Shown in pieces: positions 46,161 through 50,975 of a stretch of DNA of 50,975 nt. A program made the position numbers and the translations under genes. The stretch is from assembly GCA_038153405.1 (NCBI GenBank), contig JAYOYH010000019.1, positions 1 through 50,975 of the forward strand, in the 5' to 3' direction. This DNA comes from Gemmatimonadota bacterium (lineage in GTDB: Bacteria > Latescibacterota > UBA2968 > UBA8231). The notes below the pieces were generated by a model, which ran no database searches, was not told where the DNA came from, and saw nothing but the letters and a program-made list of their open reading frames with translations. Positions within the stretch are counted from its first letter, which is position 1. Each line of letters starts with the position of its first letter.

Positions 46161-48054
46161 GTTCGGACGGGCGGAGTTCGTCTCCGCCGACGGCTGTGGT
46201 GGTCTCGTGTGTCGCCGCTTCGTCCTGTTGATCGTCCGCTAGGTGGCGCTTGATCTCTTCGGCTAGCTTGGGGCTAAAGCCGGGCACGGCAGCGATGTCT
46301 TCTACCGATGCGGCGCCTATGCGCTGCACGGAGCCAAACAGTCCGAGCAGGGCGTTGCGACGTTTGGGGCCCACGCCGGGAATGTCGTCGAGGCGCGAGG
46401 TGAGCGTGCGCTTGCCGCGCTGTTCGCGGTGATTTTTAAGCGCGAAGCGATGCGCTTCGTCGCGTAGCATTTGCAACAGGCGCAGCGAAGCCGACGTCTT
46501 GGGTAAAATGACGGGTGCACTATGGCCGGGTAAGAAGACTTCTTCCAACCGCTTGGCTAGCCCGAGGACGGGTTGCCCCTCAGCACCGACTTCGCTCAGG
46601 GCCTGCACGGCGCTGGAAAGCTGCCCTTTACCGCCGTCGATAAGGAGCAGGTCGGGTAGAGGCTCGCCGCGCTCCTGCAGGCCGCGAAAGCGCCGCACGA
46701 CGACCTGGTGGATCGAGGCAAAGTCGTTGGGTCCCTCTATGTCGCGAATCTTAAAAAAGCGATACTGGCTCCGCTTGGCCTGGCCATCGACAAAGCAAAC
46801 AAGTGAGCCGACCGAGTCGGTGCCTTGAAAATTCGAGATGTCGATGCCCTCTATGCGGCGGGGAAGCACCTGTAGGTTGAGGTCGCGCTGCAGCGCATAG
46901 ATCGACTGGGGCACGCGGTCTCGCTTCATTTCGCGCTTTAGCTGGCGCTCTTTCAGCATTTGCTGGGCGTTTTTCTCTGCCATTTCCATCATGCGGGCTT
47001 TGGCGCCTCGCTGAGGGGCAAAGAGTTCGACTTTGCCGCCCATTTTTTCGCTGAGCCACGCGGCAATATCGCCGGCGTCGTTCGGCAAGGTCGGCAGGTG
47101 GATTTCGCCCGGAACAAAGTCGTTTTGTAAGTAGAACTGCCGGGCGAAAGCAGAGATGATTTCTTCGTCTGCCGCCTCCATTACGCCGCCGAGGACGTGG
47201 TGTTTCTTGCCGAGTAGACGGCCTTCGCGGATTTCCAGCACGCTGCAACAGGCTTCATCGTCGCTGCGTGCGATGGCCATTACGTCGCGGTCGACGGGGC
47301 CGTCCATGACGACTTTTTGTCGGGCGCGCATCGATTCAAGGGCCTGCAGTTGGTCGCGGTGGCGCGCCGCTTTTTCGAACTTCAGCGCTTGGGAGGCGTC
47401 CTCCATGCGCTGCTGTATCTCGCGTAGAACCTCGGCATTTTGCCCGCGTAGAAAGCGCACGGCGTCATCGATCGTCTTCTTGTATTCGGCTTCGTCAACC
47501 CGCTGCTCGCACGGGCCCTCGCAGCGCTTTATATGGTATTCCAAACACAGGCGAACGCTCGTGTTGGGCAGGTTGAAGTCGCAGCTGCGCACGGGAAAAA
47601 TTTTGCGCAGCATGTCCAGCGTGGTATGCATTGCGCGGACGTTGCTGTAGGGGCCGAGGTAGCGCGAGCCATCGCGAACGACATTGCGCGTGGCGAAGAT
47701 GCGCGGGAAGGGCTCGTCCGTTATGCGAATGAATGGGTATTTCTTGTCGTCTTTGAGCTGAATATTGTAGCGCGGCTTGTGGGCGCGAATCTGCGTCGCC
47801 TCGAGGATGAGCGCCTCTTGCTCGGTGGCGGTGACAATGCAGTCGATATCCGCAATATTGCGCACCAGTGCTTGGAACTGGCGTCGGCCGTCGTGACCCC
47901 CATCCTGAAAGTAGGAACGGACGCGGCTGCGCAAGCTCTTCGCCTTGCCTATGTAGATGATCTCGCCGTCTTTGCGCTTCATCAGGTAGATACCCGGTTC
48001 GGTGGGTAGGGCATCCAGTTTTAAGCGCAGTGCTTCGGAGATGTTGTCGCGCAT
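46153..48054 (-). CDS. uvrC: Excinuclease ABC subunit C
   Basis: GIY..YIGKAKSLR.RV.SYF, UVR, RIEG.DIS, DGGKGQL, RDEAHRFA and HhH motifs. Confidence 0.97.
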   Translation of the reverse strand: MRDNISEALRLKLDALPTEPGIYLMKRKDGEIIYIGKAKSLRSRVRSYFQDGGHDGRRQFQALVRNIADIDCIVTATEQEALILEATQIRAHKPRYNIQLKDDKKYPFIRITDEPFPRIFATRNVVRDGSRYLGPYSNVRAMHTTLDMLRKIFPVRSCDFNLPNTSVRLCLEYHIKRCEGPCEQRVDEAEYKKTIDDAVRFLRGQNAEVLREIQQRMEDASQALKFEKAARHRDQLQALESMRARQKVVMDGPVDRDVMAIARSDDEACCSVLEIREGRLLGKKHHVLGGVMEAADEEIISAFARQFYLQNDFVPGEIHLPTLPNDAGDIAAWLSEKMGGKVELFAPQRGAKARMMEMAEKNAQQMLKERQLKREMKRDRVPQSIYALQRDLNLQVLPRRIEGIDISNFQGTDSVGSLVCFVDGQAKRSQYRFFKIRDIEGPNDFASIHQVVVRRFRGLQERGEPLPDLLLIDGGKGQLSSAVQALSEVGAEGQPVLGLAKRLEEVFLPGHSAPVILPKTSASLRLLQMLRDEAHRFALKNHREQRGKRTLTSRLDDIPGVGPKRRNALLGLFGSVQRIGAASVEDIAAVPGFSPKLAEEIKRHLADDQQDEAATHETTTAVGGDELRPSEHA

Positions 48055-48084
48055 TGTATTATGTTAACCCCTCCAATTTGCTGG

Positions 48085-48113
48085 AGAATACGGCGTTTAG
48101 TTTTGCGTGTCAA
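48085..48113 (-). promoter_or_regulatory. Sigma70 promoter for the uvrC run
   Basis: TTGACA-17 nt-TATTCT on the minus strand. Confidence 0.7.
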
Positions 48114-48199
48114 GGCGAGTGAAGTCGCCATCTGGTAGCGCACACCCCCCTGTTGCGTGCTGTCAGAAGGGGCCTCGCATGGGGGGCCTCGATCACTGC

Positions 48200-48268
48200 G
48201 CGCTGTAATCGCCTTTGCAATCAGGCGCAGCGCCTGTTGTTAAAGGGCATTAAAGGCGATGAGAGCGC
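48200..48268. repeat. Nested inverted repeat between divergent promoters
   Basis: GCGCT..ATCGCCTTT / AAAGGCGAT..AGCGC enclosing CAGGCGC-A-GCGCCTG. Confidence 0.55.
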
Positions 48269-48304
48269 CGCGATTTGGCTCGTCAGAGAGCTCCGTCTTC
48301 TGTG

Positions 48305-48333
48305 TTGACAAAAAGGCGATGAAGGTGTAAAAT
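48305..48333 (+). promoter_or_regulatory. Sigma70 promoter for the FN3-repeat gene
   Basis: TTGACA-17 nt-TAAAAT. Confidence 0.8.
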
Positions 48334-48517
48334 TGTCGAGTGGAACCCCCCTGTTCCCGATTCTCCTGCAAGTAGTTATCCCCACTTCCTAACACTTCTA
48401 CTCAGTGAACTGCGCCCGGTCTATCGCGCCGGAAAGTCGCGCACGTTCTCTCCCTGTCCTCAAATGCCCATCGCGCGCTGGCTGTCGGAGTGCGCTTGCT
48501 CTGGTGAGGAATTGGCA

Positions 48518-50975
48518 ATGATAAAGCGCTGGTTAGTTTGTTCTCTGTTGGCTCTCGTCTGCGCGGTGAGCGCGCGTGCTACAGAGGCACCGCTGGGTCT
48601 GGCGGTCAGCGAGGGGTTTTATGTGGACCGAGTTATCGTGCGCTGGGCGCCCGTGGAAGAAGCCCAGGCCTATCGGGTTTATCGCAGCACGCGGCCCGAC
48701 CCGGCTTTTCGCATGGTGTTATCCAGCTGGCAGCAGGGCAACGTCTTTGAAGATCGCAGCGCTGTGGAGGGCGTGCGCTACTATTACTGGGTGAAGGCGG
48801 CCAGTTCGTCGGTGGGAGACGATGCGAGCGATTTTAGCGCCATGGTCAGCGGCTACGCGCGCGTGCGCACAGTCGGGCAGGCGGTGCTGCGTGCGCTGGG
48901 CACGGGTAGCTCGGCGCCGGTTGAACTGGCTTGGGACGAGGTACTAGGCGCGCATTCCTACCGAATTTACCGCAGCGCGCAAATCGATACGAGTGCCGCC
49001 GAGCCGCTGTCGGCTTGGCAGGCTGGCAGGGCATTTGTCGATGTGGGTGCCGAGCCGGGCGTGCGCTACTACTACTATGTGAAGGCGGCCGCCGGTGTCC
49101 GCGGCGAACGCGCCGGCTCCTTTAGCGCTCCGCTGCACGCCTATCGAGGGGTAGAAGCGCCCGACGCAGTCGCCATGCGCTCGCTGGAGGGCGTTCGCCT
49201 GCTGTGGCGCGATGCGCCCGGCGCGCAGCTATACCAAGTGTGGCGCAGCGCTAGCGCAGACAGCAGCAGCGCGCGGGCGATCAGCGATTGGCTATACGAG
49301 CGGTTGTTTGTAGATGCCAGCGCCGTTCCCGGGGTTCAATACTATTACTGGGTCAAGTCAACGAGCGAGCGCGGCGTGCGCGCCAGCGCCTTCGGCGGCA
49401 TGTCCAGTGCGTACCGCATGCTGAGCCAACCGCAGCTGCGCGGGGTGCAGGCGAACGGCGCTGCGCTCGAGATCGCTTGGTATCCGGTCGATGGTGCAAC
49501 GCACTACCGCGTTTACCGCGGCGAGGAGCCGCGCGTTGCCAACGCACAGCTACAGGGCGATTGGCAGGGTGAGCTGACGTTTGTCGATGCGGACATTACC
49601 CCCGGTGTGCGCTACTACTACTGGGTGGAAGCCGCGGTGAGCGGTAGCGGCGAGCGCCAGAGCGGTTTTGCCGCTTCGCACAGCGGCCTGTTGCCCCTGA
49701 GTTCGCCGCTTGCGCCCGTCGTAGAAGAAGGAGAGGACGGGCGCGTACTGCTGCGCTGGGACGGTGTGCGCGGCGGCCAGTACTACCGCGTCTACCGCGC
49801 CGAGATCGAAGACCTGCGACGGGCCCAGCCCATGGGCGATTGGCAGTCGGGGCGCGAATGGGTTGATGTCGCCGCACTGCCCGGAGTGCGCTACTTCTAC
49901 TGGATCGAAGCGGCCGCAGATGACAGCGGCAGCGTTCCGAGCGGCCCGAGTGAAGCGGCTACGCGTTTTATGGCCATGCCTGCTCCGGCCAGCGTTAGCG
50001 CTTCGCGCGGCCTATTTGCCGGCCAGATTGAGGTGAACTGGCAGCCCGTGGCTGGAGCCGAATACTATCGCGTGTATCGCAGCGAAATGACCGAAACAAA
50101 CTTTCGCACCGTGCTGAGCGAGTGGCAGCGCGACACGCACTTTAGCGACGCATCGGCCCAGCCCGGCATGCGCTACTACTATTGGGTAAAGGCCGCGCTC
50201 GATATAAGCGGTCGTGCCGCGGGCAGTTTTAGCGAAATGGCTGATGGATACGTAGGCGCAGAGGTGCTGGCTGCACCGGGCCAGATAACCGCCTCAGACG
50301 GCGCATTCGTAGCGCACATAGAAATCAGCTGGGATGAAGTCCTAGGGGGCACGCACTATCGAATCTATCGCTCCAACGATGCCAATCCCCTCCATGCACT
50401 GCCGCTGAGTGCCTGGCAGCAAGAGCGTCAGTTTATCGATCGCGGTGTGCGTCCGGGGCAGATGTACTACTACTTCGCGCGCAGCGCCGGTGACGCGCAG
50501 GGAGGGCAGGCTAGCCAGATGAGCGCCGTCAATAGCGGCTTTCGCGCCCTGGCCCCGGTGGGAGGCGTACTCGCATCGGCCGGTTTGACTGCGGGCATCG
50601 AAGTGGAGTGGTCGCCCGTTTCCGGCGCCACTCACTATCGCGTGTATCGCAGTCGGCAGCAGGAGATTGCCAGTGCCCGTCCGATATCCAATTGGCAGCG
50701 CGCGATGGACTTTACCGACCGTTCAGTCGTTCCCGGAGTAGACTACTACTACTGGGTAAAGGCCGCACCCGGCGATATGGGTGTCAACGCCGGCAGCCTA
50801 GGCGATCAGGGTGCCGGTTTTCGCGCGCTGAGTCGACCCCTGCAGACGGCGTTGGTCGAGCAGAGCCCCGCTTTGCTGCGTCTGGAGTGGTCGGCGTTGC
50901 CAGGTGCCTCACACTACCAAGTGCTGCGTTCGACGGTAGATGATGCCTCCACTGCCGATCCGCTGGGCGGATGGT
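48518..50975 (+). CDS. Large secreted tandem fibronectin type III repeat protein, 3'-truncated and absent from the ORF track
   Basis: Manual translation gives signal peptide MIKRWLVCSLLALVCAVSARA, then at least 8 in-frame units of W..V.GA..YRVYRS...W....F.D....PG.RYYYWVKA; GAGG RBS. Confidence 0.9.
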   Translation, partial: MIKRWLVCSLLALVCAVSARATEAPLGLAVSEGFYVDRVIVRWAPVEEAQAYRVYRSTRPDPAFRMVLSSWQQGNVFEDRSAVEGVRYYYWVKAASSSVGDDASDFSAMVSGYARVRTVGQAVLRALGTGSSAPVELAWDEVLGAHSYRIYRSAQIDTSAAEPLSAWQAGRAFVDVGAEPGVRYYYYVKAAAGVRGERAGSFSAPLHAYRGVEAPDAVAMRSLEGVRLLWRDAPGAQLYQVWRSASADSSSARAISDWLYERLFVDASAVPGVQYYYWVKSTSERGVRASAFGGMSSAYRMLSQPQLRGVQANGAALEIAWYPVDGATHYRVYRGEEPRVANAQLQGDWQGELTFVDADITPGVRYYYWVEAAVSGSGERQSGFAASHSGLLPLSSPLAPVVEEGEDGRVLLRWDGVRGGQYYRVYRAEIEDLRRAQPMGDWQSGREWVDVAALPGVRYFYWIEAAADDSGSVPSGPSEAATRFMAMPAPASVSASRGLFAGQIEVNWQPVAGAEYYRVYRSEMTETNFRTVLSEWQRDTHFSDASAQPGMRYYYWVKAALDISGRAAGSFSEMADGYVGAEVLAAPGQITASDGAFVAHIEISWDEVLGGTHYRIYRSNDANPLHALPLSAWQQERQFIDRGVRPGQMYYYFARSAGDAQGGQASQMSAVNSGFRALAPVGGVLASAGLTAGIEVEWSPVSGATHYRVYRSRQQEIASARPISNWQRAMDFTDRSVVPGVDYYYWVKAAPGDMGVNAGSLGDQGAGFRALSRPLQTALVEQSPALLRLEWSALPGASHYQVLRSTVDDASTADPLGGW

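Noticed and set aside
584..48009. Many long antisense or alternate-frame ORFs (e.g. 584-1357, 9386-10273, 31900-32811, 34267-35004, 42229-43050)
   Set aside because: These are shadow ORFs expected in GC-rich coding DNA, lie on well-supported genes, and show no motifs.
48770..50765. Periodic CGCTACTACTACTGGGT motif about every 280 bp as a non-coding array
   Set aside because: All copies are in one reading frame and encode the FN3 RYYYWV strand.
1..50975. tRNA, rRNA, known riboswitches (including TPP near thiN or the THI5-like ABC genes), IS elements, stop-codon recoding
   Set aside because: No conserved signatures seen by eye, and intact genes end normally at TAA, TAG or TGA. A covariance-model scan would be needed to exclude them fully.

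Overview
GC-rich bacterial chromosomal window of about 50 CDS with no rRNA, tRNA, CRISPR array or transposase that I can see. A diderm FCB-type host, most like Ca. Latescibacterota/Handelsmanbacteria, is inferred from FlgD-Ig/'YPNPF' C-terminal domains, a PorV-family gene and a C-terminal WGQIK motif. The left half holds small catabolic operons (TIM-barrel isomerase, Zn dehydrogenase, degenerate M19 dipeptidase; sialidase plus enolase-superfamily dehydratase; NadX-like plus aminotransferase; manA-manC), rsmE, thiN, a Cys4-globin fusion and an 877-aa secreted orphan protein. The middle holds a three-gene envelope operon of unknown function, tatC-lnt, radC, DUF151, a gluconolactonase and Ni-SOD. 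The right half holds two large divergent secreted proteins with T9SS-like C-terminal domains next to porV, a 14-gene minus-strand run (uvrC, xerD, M50 protease, NitT/TauT ABC transporter, ecfT, truA, htrA, pssA, DUF4321-like, tatA, gatA, porV), and an FN3-repeat gene of more than 819 aa that is missing from the ORF track and runs off the window. Best candidates for undescribed biology are (i) a possible trans-envelope complex at 20081-22778 built from paralogous FlgT-C-like domains, (ii) a T9SS-like export system with a possible second, short C-terminal sorting signal, (iii) the Cys4-globin fusion, and (iv) several enzymes with remodelled active sites (XerD, NadX-like, M19). All family calls come from motif recognition by eye; no searches were run.
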